Counted from the first letter of the stretch, positions 49,581 to 61,681 are shown. The stretch is 64,000 bases of DNA from Dudresnaya verticillata (GCA_977862235.1 OZ374559.1:434001-498000), one strand, 5' to 3'. Notes: generated from the sequence alone by a model not told the origin. Numbers and translations: made by a program.

Positions 49581-50102
49581 ATGAAGACAGTCGTTAACTC
49601 ACTCTTCTTTTCCGCTCTGGTCATGACTATCGGGTTGGGGGTCAACGCGTTGCGCCCCGGAGCGCGACAAGCTACCGGGCAAGAAATTGCAAGAATCACT
49701 GCCAACCAACTCACCTATGTGATCCGTGATAACACGCCAGCCCTTGGTGTCCGTAACGACATGCGTTCTCTTCGCAACTTTGCATACGACAGGGTGGCCG
49801 CCAGAACGATCACAGCCGCCCAGCTAAATGATCTCAACACGTTTACGACTAGGGTCGAGGCAGCCCTCAACGCGCCGGCAGGCCAAACTCGTCTTTACAA
49901 TGTTCCACATACAGATCCGCTTTCCCAAGAAATTGAAAACTTGATCGGAGAGATTCGCGCACAAATCATTAACGGAAGGGCCCAGCTGGCGCAGCCGACG
50001 CCATCAGTTCCAAGGGCAATGTTTTGCATTCCGCGTGGATCCCGAATGAGCACTGTGGGACATGTCTCTGACATGGGTGTGGAAGGGATAGCGTCTGCCT
50101 GA
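49581..50102 (+). CDS. Secreted protein A', copy 2
   Basis: Same translation as copy 1, +7582. Confidence 0.85.
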   Translation: MKTVVNSLFFSALVMTIGLGVNALRPGARQATGQEIARITANQLTYVIRDNTPALGVRNDMRSLRNFAYDRVAARTITAAQLNDLNTFTTRVEAALNAPAGQTRLYNVPHTDPLSQEIENLIGEIRAQIINGRAQLAQPTPSVPRAMFCIPRGSRMSTVGHVSDMGVEGIASA

Positions 50103-50941
50103 TTCGGTGGAATGTCAAATGCACTGAGAAGTTGCTAAGACTACGTTGACAACAGCAGTTCGAAGCTAGAGTTCCTCATTCCCAGATAAGTCGCTTCTTC
50201 TAGTCGATATTAAGAGAGAGTATGACAACTATTCTGAGAAATTAATATCTGCTACTTGGTTTCAGTAAAGCAGAAATCAACGAAATATTAAACTTTTGCT
50301 CGCTGTACCAGTTCATGCAGGGGTAGGAGCGAGTTCGAACTGGAAACCCAACGCATTGACTCTTTCAAATATGCTAAGATTGGCGCCTAATGAACGTAGT
50401 CCCGGGCATCGCCGCCTTCCTGCTCGACATGTGCCCAAATTCTCCAAAGCTAGTCCCTTGTTTGTTGCTTCGCACAAACTCTCCCCTTTCATTATGGGGT
50501 TGTATAAAACCACAATCTGTCCCCTCCATCGGAATTCTACCCATGTACAAGAAATGCACTCACACAAGCGCACCACATGATTCATACTTGAATCATGGAT
50601 GAATCCTGTGGTGCGGCCATGGACCATGATATCACTCTTGCATTAAAGCAACAATCATCGCTAAGGGTTTAAACGCCTTTGATGAAGAGAGAGAGACATT
50701 TTTTGAAGAACACTTTGATGAACGCGAAGCCGAAATGGCCAATGGGAAACTACGATTTCAGCCGTCTTGTGGCGCTCCCACAAGTTTATGTCGCCGCACC
50801 CACTTGACGAGTTAGCAGTGCTGACTCAGTACAGGAATCTTTCTTGTTATTTACTAAAGTAAGGTCTGGATCGTGCGGGAATATTCTCGATCGACTTCCG
50901 AAGACAAGAAGACCTCCGGCCTATTCTGTTGCTATTCCGAA

Positions 50942-51463
50942 CTAAACAATCAAAGACCTCGGCGCATGTGCTACAGATGCATATGCTCGGTAACTCATCC
51001 TTGAGAAGCGAGGCATACAGAACATGACTCTCGGCGCCGGGGGTGTCGGCTGTGCCACTTGGTTCAGCCCTCTCGTCGTGATATCTCGGATCTCTCCAAT
51101 CAAGTCTTCAATTGGGGTATAGTATTGGTCATTCGGAACAACACGGAATAGACGAGGCTGACCTGCCGGTGCATCAATGGCAGTCTCTATCCTGTTCACG
51201 AAACCATCCACGGCTCTGAGCTGATCTCCTGTTGCTGTTCTAGCTGCCACCAGATCGTACATGTAGCTTCGAATTGCCCGCAAGTCGTTATGGACTCCCA
51301 AAGACGGCGTGTTATCACGGATCAAAAAGCTCCGATGGTTCACCGTTAGCCTTGCGATTTCGATTCCAGTGGCTTGCCGCATATTGGGGCGTCGTGCATT
51401 GGTACCCTTAGTTGCCATAAGCATTAAAGCAGCTAGAACAAGCCCATTAACAAATGTTTTCAT
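50942..51463 (-). CDS. Secreted protein A, copy 3
   Basis: Same translation as copy 2, +7582. Confidence 0.85.
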   Translation of the reverse strand: MKTFVNGLVLAALMLMATKGTNARRPNMRQATGIEIARLTVNHRSFLIRDNTPSLGVHNDLRAIRSYMYDLVAARTATGDQLRAVDGFVNRIETAIDAPAGQPRLFRVVPNDQYYTPIEDLIGEIRDITTRGLNQVAQPTPPAPRVMFCMPRFSRMSYRAYASVAHAPRSLIV

Positions 51464-53320
51464 TGTTCAGAATTTTGCGTTTTGTCCTCCGTTGCAATAA
51501 GCAATAATGATGAAGAGTATCAGACTTCTTGGTGGAGATCGAAGGAAAGATCTTTTCCGACGGCGGATTCGTATGGCGTCTTTAGGAAGGCCTCTATTTC
51601 TGGATCTTGGAGACCTGCAAAAATTCGTAAGTTGTCTCAGAACAGAAGCTGGACTAGGCGCAGGATGTGCAAGCCAAGAAGTATTTATTGTGATAGACAG
51701 GGAAGACTGGAAGAGCGACTTTGGTCTTTTATACCACACAGTCCGAAGAACTTGCATTGGATAATAGCGGTCTTCACCCCTTGTCAATAGCAAACAAGAC
51801 GCGATGAAGCCGTGATGCTCTAGACTTGCAAGCGCATTCTCGCTGCTTCTTCGTAAAGGTTATTTTGACACACAACCAAAAATCACTGCCTGCCCCCCTC
51901 TTCCTGCGGCCCGGGTGGATTATTGGGCAGTATTCTTAGCTGCTCAAATTGAGCAAGCATCTTCCCTTTAGTTGAGAAAGAGCCTGAAACCTGTTGTGTC
52001 CTGTGAAGCTTTAGTATCATGTGGCGTACGAAAACCAGATGCCGCGTGATGTTAAACTTTACTCAACGTGATTTTGAGTTCGCTGGCTTCCGCCGTTTTG
52101 CGTGATAACGGCAACACCCGGCAGTGCTGCGCTATACAGCGGCTGGCTTCGTTGATGACGCGATTCCTCAACCGATGGTGTGCATACATGTATACCATTT
52201 ACTGGTGGTGTATCTCTACTGTAAAGCTATGTTTGCTCCTCCATTCCCCCTTAGTCTTGAAACGTTGGTGATGTCAACTCTGATGGGCGTAAAGTGATGA
52301 TTTCCCGCCCTGAAACGCTGCCGATGCATTTTTGACACGTCCGAAAATCTCTCATGCGACAAAATTTGTCATCAATAGACCAGACCAGAAGTAGACCACA
52401 TTTCTCGAGTAGCATGATCGCAAGGTATGACGTATCTTGGAAACCCATCTACAGAACTGTCACGAGGGCCTGCGGATCATCTCGTGTGAGAAGAGGCAGC
52501 AGTCGCAAGGGGGCTTGCCAGAGCTATTTTGAGAACATGAATCCAGGGTGCATAATAATGTTATAGCAGAGTATTGTTACCCGTACATTGCAAGCGCGTG
52601 CCTTCGCAACAATAAAAAGCGCTTCTGATGACACTCAGCGGCTTAGTGTCTGAGTGTCAAAAGCAGCTTAAAAGCCCGCCCTCTGAGTTCTAAAACAGCT
52701 CCGCCAAGGTTGTGCCAATAAAGCTGCACAAACTGATACAGTTTCTGCACCCGCAGCGAGGTCCCAGAGAGAGGCTGCGCCCCGTAACAATGAGACGTGA
52801 TGTTTTCCAAGTCATAGGAACAATGCAGGCCGCAATGTGTGACAGTGTCCGTAGGTAGATCGAAGCGTCGGATAAGCATGATACTTTCTTCCTGACCGGA
52901 TAAGGATGAAACTATCGCAGACACATCTAGGGGCGCTATCTTGCAGTCCTCGTTGTGTCTAGTCTTGAAGTGTACAGCGTTGTACCGTCAACGATGCGTT
53001 CCTCTTCCTTCAATGTGGCAGCACAAAGGTCTAGGCTTGTTAGACGATAGTCATCACTCCATTTTTAGATATTCATTCGTGAGCGCGACCTGCGTAGTAA
53101 CCTGTTGGTCAGAATACCGACTGCTTCCTCTCGATCGCTATATAACGCTCTGCTTAGCACGAGCTTGCCAGCAATTTTCTTTCGACAGACATCTAGTAAC
53201 GAAAACAGATTCCTACATCGTTTGGGAAACCTTGCCTCAACAGCATTCGACTACGACGCAAAGTCCTACTACAACGTTCTAAGAAAATTCATTCTCAAGC
53301 TCCTTCCACCTTCAAGAAAT

Positions 53321-53770
53321 ATGAATATTCTCTCCATCGCTGTGCTTCTCACTGTTCTGGGTTTTGTATCAGCTGCACAAGTTTCCCAAGGCCGTGAAGA
53401 TTCGACTATGAGCTTTCTCCAGAACCCGGTGGAGCGTTGGAGTCCAGGGCGGTGCTTCGGATCTTCTTCACTTACCCGATGCTGTGAGCACGAAGCGTAC
53501 TGGTGTGGTTACCACAAGCACACAGCCATATCGCATTGCAAGTATTGCATTAACAACTGTCTCTCAGTTCCAAACTCCGATAGAGTACATATTAGGCTGG
53601 GAAGCTTTTTCGAGACAAAGGCCACGCGCACAGCTACGCAATGGGCTCAGCTCTGTCGACACGTGGACAGCGAAAGGACTAACACCTGCCCGAGTCCGAA
53701 GTCATGTGCCCTAGACGCGTCTTGCAATCAGCATGCGCTCGCAACCCCGCTTCCTACTTGCAAGGATTAG
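53321..53770 (+). CDS. Secreted Cys-rich protein B, copy 3
   Basis: Same translation as copies 1 and 2. Confidence 0.88.
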   Translation: MNILSIAVLLTVLGFVSAAQVSQGREDSTMSFLQNPVERWSPGRCFGSSSLTRCCEHEAYWCGYHKHTAISHCKYCINNCLSVPNSDRVHIRLGSFFETKATRTATQWAQLCRHVDSERTNTCPSPKSCALDASCNQHALATPLPTCKD

Positions 53771-55056
53771 ATTTGAACAGATAGGGACACTACTGATAGC
53801 ATCCACGAGCATTCCAATGCACAAGAGATGCATAAGTGCAGCTGGTTAGGTATTGGTATAGGAAGCATGAAGCATAATGGAATGGTGAAAGCTGCATTGA
53901 AACTGGTACGGAACGAATCACTCTGTTGGATTTCGACGGATGCTACCTGAGCAAAGTGTAAGATTGCTCAGATATGTAGAATCTTTCAAACTTCTCTTCT
54001 TTTAAACAATAATCTGAACAGCACTTGTCTTTCTTTTCTCTACTACATCAGCATTTCCCGAAAACTACGAGAACGGCTGCCAAGGCGGGAAAGGTTCTAA
54101 ATGTCAGAATAAGATAGTTTATCCCGCTCCGTGCGCTGCTAGAACTTTGTCGGAAAACGCAAGGATGGTGATGCGTTTGTTTTACGAGAGCTATCACATA
54201 TGGTTTGGGAAGACCTGCCCGGCGGCAGGTGTTTTTCAGAAACGCACTGGGCGCCCGAGCTGGCGGCAGGAAACCGCCGAGATTACGTGCGCCCACCCCA
54301 CAGTAGCTCGTCGGGCTGTCCCAGGAACAGCAGCTGGTTTCAGGGTGCGGATTAGTGCTGTGAACATCGAACGTAGTAGTAGCATCCTCAACTAAAATAA
54401 AGCGGGAACTATGATTCACAAAATGTACTACAGAAAACGGGAGAGGTGGGAGGGATAACAAAACAAGTATCGTGACACAGTGTGTGTGTTGAAGATTGAA
54501 AGCACAGCGTCCCCGCGAACAAGTTCTTCGACGAAGAGAGGGATATAGAACAGCCCTTCGTGTAGTTTTCGGACAATGCTGATGTAGTAGAAAAGAGGAG
54601 AGATGGAGACCGTTATGCATAGGAAATAATACAGCCCCGTAAGGGGGCTTACCTAAAACTCATCTGAAAGGCGATGGTCGAAGATTAAACGGCGGTTAAC
54701 AGCCACCGCGACAGATTGAAGTACAAGATAGGTGAGGTGGGTGAGAATAGATAGTTTTTCAGATATCGGCGAAGTACCCTTCATAGTAGAAAAGAAAGAC
54801 AAGTGCTGTTCAGATTATTGTTTAAAAGAAGAGAAGTTTGAAAGATTCTACATACCTGAGCAATCTTACACTTTGCTCAGGTAGCATCCGTCGAAATCCA
54901 ACAGAGTGATTCGTTCCGTACCAGTTTCAATGCAGCTTTCACGATTCCATTATGCTTCATGCTTTCTATACCAATACCTAACCAGCTGCACTTATGCATC
55001 TCTTGTGCATTGGAATGCTCTTGGATGCTATCAGTAGTGTCCCTATCTATTCAAAT

Positions 55057-55506
55057 CTAATCCTTGCAAGTAGGAAGCGGGGTTGCGAGCGCATGCTGAT
55101 TGCAAGACGCGTCTAGAGCACATGACTTCGGACTCGGACAGGTGTTAGTCCTTTCGCTGTCCACGTGTCGACAGAGCTGAGCCCATTGCGTAGCTGTGCG
55201 CGTGGCCTTTGTCTCGAAAAAGCTTCCCAGCCTAATATGCACTCTATCGGAGTTTGGAACAGAGAGACAGTTGTTAATGCAATACTTGCAATGCGATATG
55301 GCTGTGTGCTTGTGGTAACCACACCAGTACGCTTCGTGCTCACAGCATCGGGTAAGTGAAGACGATCCGAAGCACCGCCCTGGACTCCAACGCTCCACCG
55401 GGTTCTGGAGAAAGCTCATAGTCGAGTCTTCACGGCCTTGGGAAACGTGTGCAGCTGATACAAAACCCAGGGCAGTGAGAAGCATCGCGATACTGAGAAG
55501 AGTCAT
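55057..55506 (-). CDS. Secreted Cys-rich protein B', copy 3
   Basis: Same translation as copies 1 and 2. Confidence 0.88.
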   Translation of the reverse strand: MTLLSIAMLLTALGFVSAAHVSQGREDSTMSFLQNPVERWSPGRCFGSSSLTRCCEHEAYWCGYHKHTAISHCKYCINNCLSVPNSDRVHIRLGSFFETKATRTATQWAQLCRHVDSERTNTCPSPKSCALDASCNQHALATPLPTCKD

Positions 55507-57163
55507 ATTTCTTGAATGTGGAAAGATAGTTGCTATGCTAGGCAGCGATTGCCCTTGTCGATAGATATCTGTGGATGGAAATTCTGAAAGATTTGAGGCG
55601 TAAGAAGGTTCGTGCAATATTGGAAGGCCGTGGCGGTTGGTGGGTCGCCAGTACTTGATGAGTCGTATGTGAAAGACTTTTAAGTGCCCAGTACTTATCA
55701 CAGGAGATTCTTATATTCTTTGCGAGATGAGGGGTTCAACTGTCTCGTCTGCTTCTACCTCTTCGGTAACGCGCAGTTGGTGTCAAAGTAACACATTCTG
55801 CCCAGAGTTGTTGACGATTCGTCGCGCAATATTCTTCACGCAACTGTAATGTTGCCTCCGGATCGATTGCAAACCCACGTGCTTTATACAATACTTCCTC
55901 TGCAACCTTAAGAAAGAGGATCACATGGATGATGACTATTAAGCTGGTAAGGAAATATTCTAATAAGGAGTAAGATCGAAAATGGAGCTTTATCCCGGTT
56001 GCCATGCTCCGCTTTTAGCAACAAAGTGCTACGCGAGGTCAGCATGCCGAAACAGCTGCTGTCGCTCCCGACAGCTTGCAGTTATATCAACACCGCAAGC
56101 ACCCTACCCGGTACCTCGTTCCCCTTTTTACCAAGACATGTTCAATCATAGCCCCTACTCGTAGAGGACCAGAGTACAGTGTGCAGTGTGCGTGCTTTTC
56201 AGTACATATGGTGACTCAACAAATATGCCTATTGACTGTTACAAGGAGCATCGGCGCTGCTGCTCCCAAGTGTTGCAACTTGTTCCAAGAGCATACTCAA
56301 CAATGAAAAGTGCTGATTCCCACTTGCATGACATGAACATAGCACCGGAGAAAGATGCTGTGAGATGCTATTGAAAAGGCGTCAAGCCATTGAAAGTGTC
56401 TACAACGTGAAAATCACTTTTAAAAATAGACATTCATATGACGTCATAGTAGAATTAGAAGCACGTCTAAATTGGTTCGACGAGTCATATCTCCATGGAT
56501 GCGAACAGAGAGCATGCTTTTAAGTTTTGCTCTTTTTGAAGCACCTTCCTCATTCTTTGATGGTTAGTTTGTATTCTTGACTTTGGTTGTACTCTCTCTC
56601 TTCATTGATGAAGCCAACAGAAAAATTCCGTACTACCTACTCACATCGCGAGAGCTGTAATAGCTTTGGGTCGCACCAAAAAGTAACCGTACCTTGTGCA
56701 AGAGAGTGTTGCACGGACCCGCGGTATTAGACTGAGATCGGTTGTCAAGGGCACGTCCTCCAGGTCTCAGCAATGATTTCCTAATCCGGCTTGTTGACGC
56801 CGCAGTTCTATTTTAGGCTTGCAGTGTCCGAAAACGATAGTGTGTGATCAGAATTGGATAGCAAAGCACTAGCTGCCGATGCGGCCATGCCAAGAGGCTC
56901 CACTCAGCAAGTGCTCAGTAGCAATGTAGATAACCATTTTCGATGGCAATCCTTGGAGTTAGTGTCTTCGAGGAGCTAGACTGCTGTTGCTTTGCGTTGG
57001 CAAAGCTAGCGAGTTCCGCTTTTCAACTCTATATAAGAATCAGGAAACCCACCACCTGTATCTGAACCACCCATCAAGATAATTTGCATCTTCCTGTTCT
57101 ATCCTTTCTTTTAACTTCTCTTCGCTCCTGTTCCCACTCATCGCACTTTGCTTATCCTAAGCC

Positions 57164-57685
57164 ATGAAGACAGTCGTTAACTCACTCTTCTTTTCCGCTC
57201 TGGTCATGACTATCGGGTTGGGGGTCAACGCGTTGCGCCCCGGAGCGCGACAAGCTACCGGGCAAGAAATTGCAAGAATCACTGCCAACCAACTCACCTA
57301 TGTGATCCGTGATAACACGCCAGCCCTTGGTGTCCGTAACGACATGCGTTCTCTTCGCAACTTTGCATACGACAGGGTGGCCGCCAGAACGATCACAGCC
57401 GCCCAGCTAAATGATCTCAACACGTTTACGACTAGGGTCGAGGCAGCCCTCAACGCGCCGGCAGGCCAAACTCGTCTTTACAATGTTCCACATACAGATC
57501 CGCTTTCCCAAGAAATTGAAAACTTGATCGGAGAGATTCGCGCACAAATCATTAACGGAAGGGCCCAGCTGGCGCAGCCGACGCCATCAGTTCCAAGGGC
57601 AATGTTTTGCATTCCGCGTGGATCCCGAATGAGCACTGTGGGACATGTCTCTGACATGGGTGTGGAAGGGATAGCGTCTGCCTGA
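57164..57685 (+). CDS. Secreted protein A', copy 3
   Basis: Same translation as copies 1 and 2, +7583. Confidence 0.85.
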   Translation: MKTVVNSLFFSALVMTIGLGVNALRPGARQATGQEIARITANQLTYVIRDNTPALGVRNDMRSLRNFAYDRVAARTITAAQLNDLNTFTTRVEAALNAPAGQTRLYNVPHTDPLSQEIENLIGEIRAQIINGRAQLAQPTPSVPRAMFCIPRGSRMSTVGHVSDMGVEGIASA

Positions 57686-59539
57686 TTCGGTGGAATGTCA
57701 AATGCACTGAGAAGTTGCTAAGACTACGTTGACAACAGCAGTTCGAAGCTAGAGTTCCTCATTCCCAGATAAGTCGCTTCTTTTAGTCGATACTAAGAGA
57801 GAGAATATAATACCACAGCGTCTTGTGCCTCGGTTGATCTTTGAAACTGTGCTTTTGACTCGAATCAGCGAGAAGCGAGCACTTTCGTCATTTAAATCGA
57901 TTCAAAACCTAAATCTTGCAACTCGCTCTGCACTAGCACTATTTTCATGCCAATGACCACGTCCGCAAGCAGATCAATTAACTGACATTTCGGTGTCACC
58001 TCGGCACATTCCCGATACCCCCAAATGCCCATCCAAGCGCGCTGCCCTCCGCCAACCCACTGCTACTCTACACAAGGTCGCGATACGCGAACCCACCCCT
58101 CAAGAGGTCCAAGAAATAACGGAAGCCATCTACCTGATCCGAGCGGTCTGCCAAGAATAATTCCCTCTTCCCCTCCCGCACAAGCACTCGACATTGCCTC
58201 AATAGACTACAGCCTGAAAGTGCGCCTACAAACGGGCCATTTCCGCCCGCGCAGGACCACTCGAAACAAAACATCAATAGATCAAACTTCAGATCATCCT
58301 TCAATTTTTTCCTGTCATCACACACCTTTACTATACCATGAGGGGCATGTTCTATTCTTTCCGTGTCAAGCCTTAGAGTTTGGCATTGATGAAGACATGC
58401 AATGCAAAACTATGTTTAACGCAGCGTTGATCATCGACGTAGAAGATTCACTGCACTGTTTATTTACCTGCATAGTAAGCATATAAGTAGTTATGGAACA
58501 TGTAGATTCCGTAAGAAATTGGACACTGAAACACCTCATTATCTAGCAGTATCCAAATTTCTGTTGATGATCGTCTTTACAACAAATTGATTATCCATTA
58601 ATGATGGAGACATTTATGCATAGGAACGTACAACAAGAACAACCTCCCTTGTCGCAAAAGAAATAAATCCCACGTTTCCATCGCAGACTGCAACCTTCAA
58701 TTATCGACAAAACCGTCGATCTTCCTTACAAAGTCCTGTGAATATCCTGCGCCAGCCTTGTTTTTGCATGCAATAGTTAAACGTACCGCAAACATATTTC
58801 TATGCCTTCTCCTTGACAAACAACACTAGCAAATTGTTGTGCACTTCCCAAACAATCCTGGATTAATAAGCCGATATTTCATGTTATTCCTAGCCACTTC
58901 CAATATTATGACACGCATTCTTCTATAAACACAGCCGAAAATAAGACTTTCCTCCATTATCTAGACAGTTTGTGACCGAGATGAACTCTAGCGATGTCGT
59001 TCAACTTGGGTAGGTATAGAGGACTTCCGAGTGAAGTCAATCTGGCCCAGCCTTGGCCGGAGATTATAAATGGGTGGTCAAGATAGAGTAGCATGCAGTG
59101 TCAATTGTCACTGAATATTGTCAGTAGTTGCATTCAATTCCACGTTCGCGTGGAGGATGAAACTCAGTACAAGAACTATTCCGACGTCAGCAACAAAGTA
59201 AAGAAAAGCCAACGATTACAAAACAGAACAACAACCAACCAATCTAGGGAACTAGTCTAGCACACGCTACAGACCGGAGACGGTGCAACGCTTTGCGTTT
59301 GCAACTAATGGAAGACAAGTTCAAAGAACCACGGAACACTCAACTAGTGTCTACGTTTGAATCAACCTCCGCTACCATTGGAATCAATTGCTCCGCCCTC
59401 AGTCAGCTCTTTTGAGAGCCGTTCCGAGCGTGCAGCTCTTACACTCGTGCTAACCGAAGCAGCCCTTTTGAGGGCCGTTCATCGACGAACACGTGTGGAT
59501 CCTAACGGCTACAGTGCCGTAAAGGTCTGTATTTTGACA

Positions 59540-59661
59540 AGCGACAAGCAGACCCTGTCCACATCCAACCGCGGCATCTGCAGGGTCTCTATCTTCGTAC
59601 CCCGTGCATATGCATCTATGGGCGTGGATAATATTACCTCTGGTACTATCACTGGTGCTAA
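59540..59661 (+). pseudogene. Pseudogenised 3' fragment of a paralog of the 61268-61681 peptide gene
   Basis: SDKQTLSTSNRGICR, frameshift, then CICIYGRG*YYLWYYHWC* versus SDKQNLPTSNRGICR...CICVWGRGCYC...WFYYWC*. Confidence 0.85.
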
Positions 59662-60204
59662 GGACGTAACCATAGTGCATGGTATTTTGTTAAAACACTC
59701 TCGTACGTCGACTCATAGATACCATACATCTGATTGATGTCTTTACATGTAGTAGAATGAACCCCCTACAGAAAGTGCTCTCCTAAACGTGACGAGTCAT
59801 TGAAACACGAGCTGCTCCAAATATGCTCTTGAGCAAATGAGGGTTCCTTCCTTCGCACGGGTCCGCACGTGGTCCGAACATTATCGTTCCTACTTTTCCT
59901 TCAGTCGTTCCCAAAACAATTTACTTCTACCGCCAGTACGAAAGCACATAAAGCAGATGCCAATGCTTGTGCAGGCGTCCCAAGCAAGCACCGCTCCATC
60001 TCTCAGCCCATTGAAGACAAGAGCACAACCATTGAAGGCACCAGGACCATCGCGCTCAAGACTACCCGAATACCACACCACCTCGCCCATAGCTCCAATG
60101 CAGCCTGCCGGAATACGTGCGGACCCGTGCAGTTTATGCCTCCAATCGTGAATAAGATATTTTGATAGCGTTTGACTAAGCGCAGTGTCTGGAGTGCTTC
60201 TCTG

Positions 60205-60523
60205 CCCGCGAATTTTCCACTGGTGTGGGATGTGATGTTGTTCTTTGATGTGTGCGAAGCGGTGTGGATGCTATTATCTGATTGGCAGATCTCAGAAAAC
60301 TTTAAACAATGCAATTCCTGTATGCAATTCCATTGACTGTGAAGCTGTCTCAGGTCAGATATTTTACTTATCACAGGAAGGAGGCCTTTTTTCAACCAAT
60401 GGAAATTGCACTCGCGAATTGCATTGTTTCAAGTTTTCTGAAATCTGCCAATCGAAGATTAGTATCCGCACCGCTTCGCACATCCCCTTCCACATCCCAC
60501 CAGTGGACCAGTGGACAATTCGC
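60205..60523. repeat. Imperfect inverted repeat (arms ~60205-60335 and ~60397-60523), MITE- or hairpin-like
   Basis: gcgaagcggtgtggatgct..gattggcagatctcagaaaactttaaacaatgcaatt is the reverse complement of aattgcattgtttcaagttttctgaaatctgccaatc..tatccgcaccgcttcgc. Confidence 0.85.
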
Positions 60524-61267
60524 TCGCACAGAAGAACTGTCCCCAGTCCAACGCTACCGAAAGATCTCGTTCACTTCTAGAAGCATGCGCATCAAAGCTA
60601 CAAGTCGAATCGGCCCTGCAGCTTTTACACGACCACGCAAAGGGAAAGGGAAGAAACTCAAGGATTAGATCTACAAAAAGTGTTGACTTAGCTCATAGGT
60701 GTTCTCAGGAGCCAACTCGGTCGGGAAACACAGCCGTATCGCAAACCTTCGTATTCTGAAGAGTTGACACACCGAGTGCCATCTACCTTCGCCTTGTACG
60801 CCAGTGACACGAGGCAAACTGTCTGGGAACGATTAAGCGAATTATCAGGAACGGAAATGTGTGGACTGAACAATTGAAGCAGAGAGCTGCCCTCATGCTC
60901 GGATATTATATTGTGAAGTGATGATCGTGAAACATCTGTGAATGTTGTAGTAGAGAGGAATGACGTTGTCGTCATACAATACTCGCATATAATAATACAT
61001 TTGAACAAGCAGATTTGAAATTTGAATGCGATCTTTAACGAAACGCTGCTCGTTTGCTGCATTCCACAGTGCTATTCGACCTCTCTGTGCCTAATGAAGC
61101 GAATGTTATAGTATGGCCAAGAAAGCATGGAGTGGCTCTTGATTCAATAACTCGAAGTTTACGAAAGCCGACCTTGCCGCGGGGCCATGACACATTCCAA
61201 TGGTATCTATCTATTTTTGGCATGACCCGAACCGTCCAACACAATATCAACCCCCATGCCTACAACC

Positions 61268-61681
61268 TTAGCACCAGTAATAGAACCAGTAACAATAGCG
61301 GTAGCAGTAGCATCCACGTCCCCAGACACAAATGCACCGGATGCCACACCTGATCCCCCTGCAAATACCACGGTTGGAAGTGGGCAGGTTCTGCTTGTCA
61401 CTAGAGTTCATTTCCGTCACAAACTCCTCCGTATTCTCATTCTTATCCTTTGACAGTCGGCTGACGGCACTTGCCGTGGTGGAGATGGAGCAGCACGTCT
61501 TGCCAAGAGAGTTGTCTTCGGACTCCTCGCAGCTCAGGACCTTGCATGCAGAGTTGGCCGGCTTGGCGCATTCCGTTGTGGCCTTGCCCTCATCATCACC
61601 AGTGTGGCACTTGCACGGGCAAGCGGCAAGGGCAGCGGAGGAGAGGGCCAGGATGACCAGGATGGCAAAAAGCTTGTTCAT
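61268..61681 (-). CDS. Secreted prepropeptide: signal peptide, 8-Cys domain, acidic linker, C-terminal cationic aromatic 8-Cys peptide
   Basis: MNKLFAILVILALSSAALA signal peptide; TATAAATA at 61789-61796 (minus); C-terminus GICRGIRCGIRCICVWGRGCYCYRYCYWFYYWC; decayed paralog at 59540. Confidence 0.88.
   Translation of the reverse strand: MNKLFAILVILALSSAALAACPCKCHTGDDEGKATTECAKPANSACKVLSCEESEDNSLGKTCCSISTTASAVSRLSKDKNENTEEFVTEMNSSDKQNLPTSNRGICRGIRCGIRCICVWGRGCYCYRYCYWFYYWC

Larger units (their letters stand above)
35430..57803. repeat. Tandem array of three ~7.58-kb units, each carrying four secreted-protein genes
   Basis: Identical ORFs recur at 7582-bp offsets (37941/45523/53105; 43360/50942); end copies are offset 7617 and 7583 and slightly diverged. 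Confidence 0.97.

Noticed and set aside
35430..57803. Array as a Helitron rolling-circle product
   Set aside because: No Rep/helicase ORF and no convincing 5'-TC or hairpin-CTRR-3' termini found.
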